Origin: a virus
Lineage: Duplodnaviria; Caudoviricetes
Strand: one strand, 5' to 3'
Length of the DNA stretch: 27,695 nucleotides
IMG/VR virus record: IMGVR_UViG_3300047560_000223
Coordinates: 1 to 27,695 of that record
Shown: positions 17,408 to 25,083 of the stretch, one piece after another
How the letters are laid out: each line of letters starts with the position of its first letter
Numbering within the stretch: position 1 is the stretch's first letter
Notes under the pieces: model-generated
Told to the model about the DNA's origin: nothing
What the model saw: the letters and a program-made list of their open reading frames with translations, nothing else
Database searches by the model: none
Program-made: the position numbers and the translations under genes

Positions 17408-18739
17408 ATGGCAATACAAATAGGTTTAGGTGGTGTAAGTGGGGTATTACCGGATATTGCAAAATCGCCGATACTTCATTATGATCTCGCAAATACATTG
17501 TGCTACTCGGGATCTGGGTCAACAATTTATGATTTAAGCGGGTACAGTAACAATGGGACGCTGTATAATAGTCCAACTTACTCGTCAAGTAATAACGGAT
17601 CTTTAACGTTCAATGGAACTAACCAGTTTATAGCAGCCCCCAATTCGACATCACTTAATCCAAATGCAAATGGTTGGTCTATATCGATGTGGGTGAATCC
17701 CACTTCTGGTATGTTAGGTGCTAGTTATGGTGCCCCGATTTTTTACAATAAAGAAAATTTATACGAAGGTTCGGGCGGCGGCAGTCAATACGAAATAGCA
17801 TGGCAACCGAACTGGGCATGGGTTGGGTCCGGGGCAAGTATGTCTGCCGGCACATGGTATCACCTTGTCGCAGTATACGATTTAACAAAACAATACATAT
17901 ATCTCGATGGTAGTTTAGTTTGGACTGCAAACTTAACTGGCACAATGGGATCGAACACATACGACTTTGCTATTGCGGCACGCGGCGTATCTGGTGGCGC
18001 CGGCTCGGGAGCAAGTTCTTTTGGCGCTTTTTCTCTTGGTGTAATTACAATGTATAATTATGGTATGTCGGTATCTGACGTATTGCAAAATTATAATGCA
18101 TCGGCTGCAAGATATAGTAAAGCCCTAAAAAGTGCGCCAATTGTTGTGCAAAACAAAGGCGGACTAATTTCTATAGCTTCGTTTACTGGCAGCGGTACTT
18201 ATGTAGTTCCGAGCAACTGCACTAAAATTTATGTAAAGCTTGTGGGTGGTGGTGGTGGCTCTGCTGGCTATTGCGAATCAGGTGGAGCAGGCGGATACTC
18301 CGAGGGAACATTCCAGGTTGTTCCAGGGACATCATATAGCATTACTGTAGGTGGTGGTGGTGGCGGAGTTGGATACTACGCAGCAGCCGGCAATGGCGGA
18401 ACTTCTAGCTTTGGTTCTCTACTTTCAGCAACTGGCGGATACGGTGCAAACCAAAACTACAGTCATGGTGGCGGACACGGTGGCGTTGGCTCGGGCGGAC
18501 AAGTTAACCTATACGGCGGCTCCGGAACTGGACATGCAAACAGTGGCAATCATAGTCAGGCTGGCCCAGCTGGCGGCGGCAGCTATTTTGGCGGCCCGGG
18601 AAGTCAAACTCGCGCAGGTGGCACAGCTACTAACTTTAGCCCGGCACCGGGATCTGGTGCAACTGGCGGGCTAACAGAAACATCAAATGGCGGCACTGGT
18701 GGTCCTGGCGGACTAGTAGTAGTTTATGCATATAGGTAA
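17408..18739 (+). CDS. LamG + glycine-rich domain protein 2
   Basis: N-terminal LamG (YSGSGSTIYDLSG..NNGTL...FNGTN...WYHLV...YLDG...QNYNA). The C-terminal Gly-rich domain is paralogous to the flanking genes. Confidence 0.8.
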   Translation: MAIQIGLGGVSGVLPDIAKSPILHYDLANTLCYSGSGSTIYDLSGYSNNGTLYNSPTYSSSNNGSLTFNGTNQFIAAPNSTSLNPNANGWSISMWVNPTSGMLGASYGAPIFYNKENLYEGSGGGSQYEIAWQPNWAWVGSGASMSAGTWYHLVAVYDLTKQYIYLDGSLVWTANLTGTMGSNTYDFAIAARGVSGGAGSGASSFGAFSLGVITMYNYGMSVSDVLQNYNASAARYSKALKSAPIVVQNKGGLISIASFTGSGTYVVPSNCTKIYVKLVGGGGGSAGYCESGGAGGYSEGTFQVVPGTSYSITVGGGGGGVGYYAAAGNGGTSSFGSLLSATGGYGANQNYSHGGGHGGVGSGGQVNLYGGSGTGHANSGNHSQAGPAGGGSYFGGPGSQTRAGGTATNFSPAPGSGATGGLTETSNGGTGGPGGLVVVYAYR

Positions 18740-18745
18740 AAGAAT

Positions 18746-20119
18746 ATGGCAATTACATTAGGCGTAGCAGATCCAAATAAACTTTGGCCAAGCGGTTGGA
18801 CAACTGGCACAGGCGGCATGGCAGTTAGTGGGTACCCAACGTTTAATGCTAACGGTGATGCAAACGAACAAAACAGATACGTTGGTACAGACCCCTGGGG
18901 CAACAGCGCAATGGTATGGCAATGTACGTCTACTGGTGGTAACGATGCATCGGGCGGCTGGAACACAGACAGCTTTGCAATTGACTTAAACAAGTTATAT
19001 AGATTTAGCGTATGGGTTAGACGCACTAGTTCGACTAGTGGCGGAACATTTTATTTTGGAACCCAAAGTAGCACCGGTGCAGTTACTAGTTTAGGATCGC
19101 AAGGTTCAGAAGGCAACCCTTATTTTGACTATCGTGGCACTGGTAGTTTATCACAAAATCAATGGTATTTGGTAACTGGTCACGTATTCCCTCAAGGTTG
19201 GCCTGCACGTATTGCACATCCAGAGTCTGGGTTTTACACAACAACTGGTGGTAGAGTTGCAAACAATGGTGGCAACATTCCAAACGATGCATGTTGGCAA
19301 GGTGGCACAACTACAACCTATCATAGATGCTATCATTACTATTGTGCTGATACTACTACACGTATTGAATTTTATGACCCACGAGTTGATTGCTGTGACG
19401 GTACAGAGCCAAGTATACAACGTTTACTAGCAGGTCCAATGGGAACGCAAGGCGGGCACGGTGTTATTTTGCATGATGGTTCTAAAGTTGTATCGGGCAA
19501 CACTGGCGATGCTGGGGATTTAGTCGACGTACAAACATTTGGTGCAACGGGCACATGGACTAAGCCGGCCGGAACAACAAAAGTTTTAGTAAAAGTAATT
19601 GGTGGCGGCGGAGGCGGAGCAGGATATTGCGAATCAGGTGGCGCAGGCGGATACTCTGAAGGGTATTTTGACGTGACTGGTGTTAGTACAGTATCGGTGA
19701 CTGTAGGTGGCGGCGGAGGCGGAGTTGGATACTACGCAGCAGCTGGTGGTGGCGGAACTTCTAGCTTTGGTAGCTTTATAAGTGCTACTGGTGGAGGTGG
19801 CGCAAACTCTTATTCAAGTCACAGCGGTGGCCATGGCGGCACGGGATCCGGCGGATACGTTAACGTTCAAGGTGGCGGCGGAGCAGGTCATACAAATAGT
19901 GTAAGTACGTGGTCAGGTGGCCGCGGGGGATATGGGTATTTTGGCGGTGGCGGAACAACTGCTAGAAACCATTTTAATTTGGGTAACACTCCGCTAAAAA
20001 CTAGACCGGGTGCGCCCGGTGCTGGTGGCCCCGGTGGACAAACTGATGGCCACAGCTACTACGGTGATCGCGGTGCCACTGGCGAAATAGGCATGGTAGT
20101 AGTTTACTCATATAAATAA
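18746..20119 (+). CDS. Aromatic-rich N-terminal domain + glycine-rich domain protein 3
   Basis: 457 aa. An N-terminal W/Y-rich domain of about 230 aa (KLYRFSVWVRR, NPYF, QWYLV, PRVD..DGTEPSI) is followed by the third copy of the Gly-rich domain. Confidence 0.75.
   Translation: MAITLGVADPNKLWPSGWTTGTGGMAVSGYPTFNANGDANEQNRYVGTDPWGNSAMVWQCTSTGGNDASGGWNTDSFAIDLNKLYRFSVWVRRTSSTSGGTFYFGTQSSTGAVTSLGSQGSEGNPYFDYRGTGSLSQNQWYLVTGHVFPQGWPARIAHPESGFYTTTGGRVANNGGNIPNDACWQGGTTTTYHRCYHYYCADTTTRIEFYDPRVDCCDGTEPSIQRLLAGPMGTQGGHGVILHDGSKVVSGNTGDAGDLVDVQTFGATGTWTKPAGTTKVLVKVIGGGGGGAGYCESGGAGGYSEGYFDVTGVSTVSVTVGGGGGGVGYYAAAGGGGTSSFGSFISATGGGGANSYSSHSGGHGGTGSGGYVNVQGGGGAGHTNSVSTWSGGRGGYGYFGGGGTTARNHFNLGNTPLKTRPGAPGAGGPGGQTDGHSYYGDRGATGEIGMVVVYSYK
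20111..20118 (+). promoter_or_regulatory. T4 late promoter consensus TATAAATA
   Basis: Exact 8/8 match, followed by SD (CAGGAG) and the ATG at 20134. It overlaps the Tyr-Lys-stop codons of the previous gene. Confidence 0.6.
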
Positions 20120-20133
20120 TTGCAGGAGTATAC

Positions 20134-20541
20134 ATGAAACGAGGATTATTACATATATCGGAACCCGGAAGAATTTGCGAAATAGTCGACATTGGACAAG
20201 AGTTTGATGTTCACAGCAATTTTGAATGGGCTGACGTTCCTGATGATACTACAGTGCTGGATACGTATAATTCTGATGGAACTATTACTAAATTTGATCC
20301 ATTGTCAGTGCCAGGGTTTGCTGAACAAGGATATAGAGTAGCAAGGACAATCGCTTATCAAGGCACAGGCGACCAATTGGACATGCTATTTAAAGAACTG
20401 CAAGCCACAGGAACAATAAGTAATACTGGGCCATGGGCAACTCATATTGCAAGTGTTAAAGCTGCAATCCCTAAAGATGATCCTCAAGCGGTCCACGAAT
20501 GGAATATGGCACATTGGGCCAGTATCCAGGGTAACGTTTAA
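20134..20541 (+). CDS. Putative fibre-assembly/chaperone-like small protein
   Basis: 135 aa with a good SD. R..AY...GDQLDML...W..HI..VK...PK resembles small helical proteins encoded just after fibre genes in T4-like phages. Confidence 0.55.
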   Translation: MKRGLLHISEPGRICEIVDIGQEFDVHSNFEWADVPDDTTVLDTYNSDGTITKFDPLSVPGFAEQGYRVARTIAYQGTGDQLDMLFKELQATGTISNTGPWATHIASVKAAIPKDDPQAVHEWNMAHWASIQGNV

Positions 20542-20553
20542 CAAAAATAATTT

Positions 20554-21786
20554 ATGCTTTTCAACAACCGATTTTCGGTTGCTCATTATGACAGATTTCA
20601 TAATGAGCATGCCAGTACATTCTATACGCTAATGAAAAATGCAAGTCCTAGTTATATTAACAACTTGCATGATGTTTACTTTGGCAAATATTTCTATTAT
20701 GAATATAACGGACAACAAAAACGCTGCGGCAATCCAATGGGAGTCGAAGCAAGCGACGAACAAATTGACTATTTGTTTAGATTGCAAGACGAAGTTGGCG
20801 TACAAATTAGTCTAACGTTTAATACGCTAGAAGTACCACACGAAGTAATATTTGACCACAACATAACTAAGCAGTTTGTTGAATGGATTGGCGGTTATTA
20901 TGATCGAGGGTTACGTAGTTGTACTATTAGTAGCGAACATATAATGCGATTGGGGTGGTTGCAACAGAGATGCCCCGACATGCGATGGAAGTCTACAGTT
21001 AACCAGATTGTTAGTGATGCACAGCAATTAATTGATTATGCATACCTTGGCTACAATACTATATTGCTTGACCGAAGTTTAAACCGTAATTTAAAAGAGT
21101 TAAAACGAATTCGTCGAGCACAAGAATACTTAAACAGCAAGAACCCAACTAAAAAGCTATTAACAAGTTTGTTGGTTGCAGAGGCATGTATCTATCACTG
21201 TCCATTTAAACATGAACATGACAGCGTCGGTGAGGTTATTGGTACTGAGTATTTTGCAGGTCCCGGAGAGTTAAGTTGTAATGCATGGCGCAACGTTCCT
21301 GAGTTTGCTGCAAGTCCACGTTCGGGCATTAACTTAGTTGCAAGCACATCTGAAATGTTTAAGACATTTGCAGAACTAACTGATGTATTTAAGTACTCGG
21401 GAAGACTTACGCAACCTGCCAATAGATACGAAGACAGTAAACATATGAAAGCTGCATGGTACTACGGTCCGCAGAGTAAATTTAAACAATCAGTTTCGTT
21501 TGTTGGTGACACAGTATTTTGTGATGACTTCAATGAAATTATAGAAAACGATCTTGGTCCCGTACATGATTGGATCCCGGGATGGATTGACACACGTTAT
21601 ACTAGAGAGAATTGGCGCAAAACATACAAACCATACACGGGTGTTTGGTCTACTGAAGAAGGTAAACGTTTAGAAAAGCTATTAACTAATTGCAGAAGTC
21701 AATGTTGGGATTGTCATGAATGTGAGCGTACATTTGGATTCCAGGATATCGATAGTGCATTGCAGATGAGAAAAAACTATGAGTGA
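20554..21786 (+). CDS. U32 'peptidase'-family (UbiU/UbiV/TrhP/RlhA-like) Fe-S protein
   Basis: Motif order fits the U32 TIM barrel: LTFNT, KSTVN, GYNTILLDRSLNRN, LLVAEACIYHCPF..H, a further Cys (SCNAW), DVFKYSGR (K.xGR), and C-terminal CRSQCWDCHEC. Confidence 0.65.
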   Translation: MLFNNRFSVAHYDRFHNEHASTFYTLMKNASPSYINNLHDVYFGKYFYYEYNGQQKRCGNPMGVEASDEQIDYLFRLQDEVGVQISLTFNTLEVPHEVIFDHNITKQFVEWIGGYYDRGLRSCTISSEHIMRLGWLQQRCPDMRWKSTVNQIVSDAQQLIDYAYLGYNTILLDRSLNRNLKELKRIRRAQEYLNSKNPTKKLLTSLLVAEACIYHCPFKHEHDSVGEVIGTEYFAGPGELSCNAWRNVPEFAASPRSGINLVASTSEMFKTFAELTDVFKYSGRLTQPANRYEDSKHMKAAWYYGPQSKFKQSVSFVGDTVFCDDFNEIIENDLGPVHDWIPGWIDTRYTRENWRKTYKPYTGVWSTEEGKRLEKLLTNCRSQCWDCHECERTFGFQDIDSALQMRKNYE

Positions 21787-22366
21787 CATTCAGATATTTG
21801 ATAAAGTAATTCCAAAACTTTATTCTGATCAAATTGAAGAAGACTTGTTACGCACAACATTTCCATGGTACTATATAAACGATGTAACAAACATGGCGTA
21901 TGGTGATAACGGCGGGTTAGTGCATGTAGCTTACAATATGGGCGACAGGCCGAGCGAATGGTTCCCTTTTATTAAACCGTTAGTTTATAGTATAGTAGAA
22001 GCAGCAGGTCATAACTTAACTCAATTATTGCGTGTACGTGTGGGATTTTTACACCCATCTGCTAACAGTAATGAGTGCAATAGCCCTCATTTAGATTTTA
22101 ATTTCCCGCATTACACAGCCTGTTACTATGTAAATGATAGCGATGGTGCTACAGTGTTGTATAAGGAAACTGCAAATGATGTTGGTGCAGACCTAACAGA
22201 AGAGAACCTTAAACAGTACACACAGTCTACGCAATTCCATGTTGAACAAACTTGTAGTCCTCAAAAAGGTAGAGTGTGTGTATTTGATGGGTATAGATTC
22301 CATGCAAGCTCTAGACCTAAAGTAAACAATCGAAGATTAGTAATAACAGTTAACTATGTATCATAA
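21779..22366 (+). CDS. 2OG-Fe(II) oxygenase superfamily protein
   Basis: Facial triad HLD...H (PHLDF; FDGYRFHAS), YYVNDSDG.T, and the 2OG-binding R in RRLVITVN. N-terminal FPWYY. Overlaps the U32 gene by 8 nt. Confidence 0.85.
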   Translation: MSDIQIFDKVIPKLYSDQIEEDLLRTTFPWYYINDVTNMAYGDNGGLVHVAYNMGDRPSEWFPFIKPLVYSIVEAAGHNLTQLLRVRVGFLHPSANSNECNSPHLDFNFPHYTACYYVNDSDGATVLYKETANDVGADLTEENLKQYTQSTQFHVEQTCSPQKGRVCVFDGYRFHASSRPKVNNRRLVITVNYVS

Positions 22367-23978
22367 CATTAAGTCAATAACAATTGTGGGTGGCGGAAGT
22401 AGCGGGTGGATGACTGCCGCAGCTATTGCTAAGATGCTACCGCATATTAATTTAACATTAATCGAAAGTTCCGATGTGCCTACTATTGGTGTTGGGGAAA
22501 GTACGATTGGTCACATTAATAGTTTTCTGACGATGTTAGATCTTAAAGACGAGGACTGGATGGCTGAATGTAATGCAACATATAAGACATCTATTAAGTT
22601 TATTGACTTTAGAGAAAATCCAACAGAAGAACCGCACAAGTTTCATTACCCGTTTGGTATATTTGATTTAACAGGTAAGCCCCGTGGACCAATGGAATGG
22701 TTCTTAGCTAAAGCAGACAATCCTTCTATACCACTGGATAACTTTGCAGAGTTTTTCCATGACGCAGTGTTGATGACTGATCAAAATAAAATGACACGAA
22801 ACGAGGACAATTCGATTCGTGGATTTAATTTTAACACTGACACTGCATACCATATGGATGCAGCATTGTTTGGTGAATGGTTGAAGAATAACATTGCACT
22901 TCCAAACGGTTGCACACACATTGTTGACACAGTAGAGCATGTTGTCCAACGTGAAGATGATAGCGTAGAGAAAATTATTACTAAAGATGGTAGACATCTA
23001 TACGCTGACTTGTTCATTGATTGTAGTGGCTTCCGTAGTATCCTACTGGATCAAACACTCAATGAGCCATTTGTTAGTTTCCACGACACACTATTAAACG
23101 ATCGTGCGGTTGCAACAGTTATCCCATACATCGATATAGAAAAAGAAATGGAGAACTACACTAGTTGTACCGCCATTGAATCGGGCTGGGTGTGGAATAT
23201 CCCATTATGGAATCGTATTGGTACCGGCTATGTTTATAGCAGTAAACATGCAACAGAAGCCGAAGCAGAAGCTCAATTCCGCAAACATTTAAAAAGCAAC
23301 CGTATGTTGTTTCCGGATGCAGAACGTGCTGATACGGCAGAGTTGCGTCACATTAAAATCAAGCATGGTGTGCATGAACGTGCGTGGGTCAAAAACGTAG
23401 TAGGTATTGGTCTTGCCAATGGATTCATTGAACCACTGGAAAGCACAGGCTTAATGTTAACACATGAGGGCATTGTAAAATTGTGTTCTACTTTGTTAAT
23501 GCGTAATGGTGCTGTTAGTAACTACGATGTTGATTTGTTCAACAATGCTTTCCAAGAACAAATTATGGGGTTTAAAGATTTTATTAGTCAACACTATGCG
23601 TTAACTATACGCAATGACACCCCGTACTGGCAAGAAGTATCTGGCAAAATTCAGTACTCTGGCATTATGACTAATGTTGCAAATTTATCAAATTTACCGC
23701 AATCTTTTAGAAGTGCTTCGGACTTAGCGCACAGGATGCATCGTCAACGTAAGTTTGATCTCGACATGGGCGGCATTATTTACATTGCTGCGGGTATGGG
23801 TTACAACCCTGTAGAATCAAACTTTATGCGATATGAAGATCGCAGGTTAATGGAAACGCCCGAAGAGCGCAAGATGATTTATGATGCATGGCTAGAACAT
23901 AAACAGCAAGCATTGGATAAGATAGCTACTTTGCCCACACATTACCAGTTCCTAAAAGACACAATTTACAATAAATAA
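22356..23978 (+). CDS. Flavin-dependent halogenase (tryptophan halogenase/PrnA family)
   Basis: GGGSSGW (FAD GxGxxG), IGVGEST, ATYKTSIKF (catalytic Lys position), FIDCSGF, GWVWNIPL (WxWxIP), GYVYS and GFIEPLESTG. 540 aa. Confidence 0.92.
   Translation: MYHNIKSITIVGGGSSGWMTAAAIAKMLPHINLTLIESSDVPTIGVGESTIGHINSFLTMLDLKDEDWMAECNATYKTSIKFIDFRENPTEEPHKFHYPFGIFDLTGKPRGPMEWFLAKADNPSIPLDNFAEFFHDAVLMTDQNKMTRNEDNSIRGFNFNTDTAYHMDAALFGEWLKNNIALPNGCTHIVDTVEHVVQREDDSVEKIITKDGRHLYADLFIDCSGFRSILLDQTLNEPFVSFHDTLLNDRAVATVIPYIDIEKEMENYTSCTAIESGWVWNIPLWNRIGTGYVYSSKHATEAEAEAQFRKHLKSNRMLFPDAERADTAELRHIKIKHGVHERAWVKNVVGIGLANGFIEPLESTGLMLTHEGIVKLCSTLLMRNGAVSNYDVDLFNNAFQEQIMGFKDFISQHYALTIRNDTPYWQEVSGKIQYSGIMTNVANLSNLPQSFRSASDLAHRMHRQRKFDLDMGGIIYIAAGMGYNPVESNFMRYEDRRLMETPEERKMIYDAWLEHKQQALDKIATLPTHYQFLKDTIYNK
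23971..23977 (+). promoter_or_regulatory. Putative late promoter (ATAAATA)
   Basis: 7/8 match, 5 nt before the ATG at 23983. It overlaps the last codons of the halogenase. Confidence 0.4.
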
Positions 23979-23982
23979 GCGT

Positions 23983-24669
23983 ATGTTTAAGATCAAACGT
24001 TTATACCGCGAAAATTATGCTGGCGAAGAAGTTATCTCCAAGTTGACCTACGAAGATGGTCGCTGGCATACAGAGAGTGATTGGATCGGGAATCAAATCA
24101 CTAACTTGTACACTAGCTCACATGCACTAGTAATTGGTGGCGGCAAAACGTGGCAAGAAGGGCAATTTGCGTTTGATATGACGCACGTTACAAACCACAA
24201 AGCTGGCTTATTTGGTACAAACAAATTACAAACGTATGGAGCCAACGGAATCTACGATAAAATTATCCCGGACTTCTTAGTAGTGGACAATGATCACGCT
24301 GAGCAGGCTATGCTAGATGACATTACGTCTAAAACTATTGTGTATGCACATGCTAAAAAGATTATCGAATTCCCGGGCAAATTTTATTTAATCCCGCAAG
24401 ATCCGCCGTGGAACTCAGGTACACTAGCAACATACATGGCCTGCTTTGACGGGCACTCTAAAATATTCTTAATGGGATTTGACTGTAAAGAAGGTGAAGA
24501 CACATTCTACGAAAAGTCAATGTTAGAATTGTTTACTATGTATAATGACGTTGACTTTGTTAGAGTGTCGCCAACAGTTGGATATTACATGCCCGATAGC
24601 TGGAAGTACTGTCCTAACGTTAGACAAATCGATTTTAGACAGTTTGTACTTGAAGCAGATTTAGGTTAA
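23983..24669 (+). CDS. Maf/DUF115 (MptE-like, CST-II-fold) putative transferase
   Basis: ALVIGGG.T...YGAN.IY....PDFLVV.D...NSG..A.Y.A...G...IFLMGFD motif order, characteristic of Maf/DUF115/sialyltransferase-like Rossmann proteins. Confidence 0.55.
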   Translation: MFKIKRLYRENYAGEEVISKLTYEDGRWHTESDWIGNQITNLYTSSHALVIGGGKTWQEGQFAFDMTHVTNHKAGLFGTNKLQTYGANGIYDKIIPDFLVVDNDHAEQAMLDDITSKTIVYAHAKKIIEFPGKFYLIPQDPPWNSGTLATYMACFDGHSKIFLMGFDCKEGEDTFYEKSMLELFTMYNDVDFVRVSPTVGYYMPDSWKYCPNVRQIDFRQFVLEADLG

Positions 24670-25083
24670 CACCGACTCCATAGTTTTTAACTTATCAACG
24701 ATAGCTGAAAAATTAAAACTGCGCCAAACACCCGGATGCAAAGGCTTCGGGTGATCTTCTAAGCGCACCCAACAATATCCACGATGCTCATTGTTTAGTT
24801 CCGGAACAAATTCGTCATCTACACTAATAAGGAATGTGTGAAAAACAAATTTGTTGTTGTCGCTGGTGTATTGCTCAATTGGGATAATCTTTGCGTCCTT
24901 AATTACCCCGCCTAGCTCTTCTCGAATCTCACGTTGTAATCCTTGTGCAACAGTTTCGCCGGCTTCTACTTTGCCGCCGACGATACCCCAGTGTCCTGAG
25001 TGTTTATTGCTATTGCGTAATAAGAATAAGTATCGTTTTGTTTTGGCGCAGTAAATTAATGCACCGGTGCTTGATGAGGTCAA
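24661..25083 (-). CDS. NUDIX hydrolase
   Basis: Nudix box GKVEAGETVAQGLQREIREELG. The TTG start overlaps the upstream TGA stop (TTGA). Confidence 0.9.
   Translation of the reverse strand: MTSSSTGALIYCAKTKRYLFLLRNSNKHSGHWGIVGGKVEAGETVAQGLQREIREELGGVIKDAKIIPIEQYTSDNNKFVFHTFLISVDDEFVPELNNEHRGYCWVRLEDHPKPLHPGVWRSFNFSAIVDKLKTMESVLT

Noticed and set aside
6625-20119. Diversity-generating retroelement or invertase shufflon acting on fibre tips
   Set aside because: I saw no reverse transcriptase, recombinase, inverted cassettes or adenine-only-mismatch repeat pair in the window. A distant DGR cannot be excluded.
214-23017. Many antisense and alternate-frame ORFs of 60-200 aa (e.g. 733-1239, 4364-4963, 17024-17341)
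   Set aside because: They are shadows of the Thr/Gly/Val/Ala-biased codons of the real genes, lie within or across those genes, and carry no recognisable motifs.
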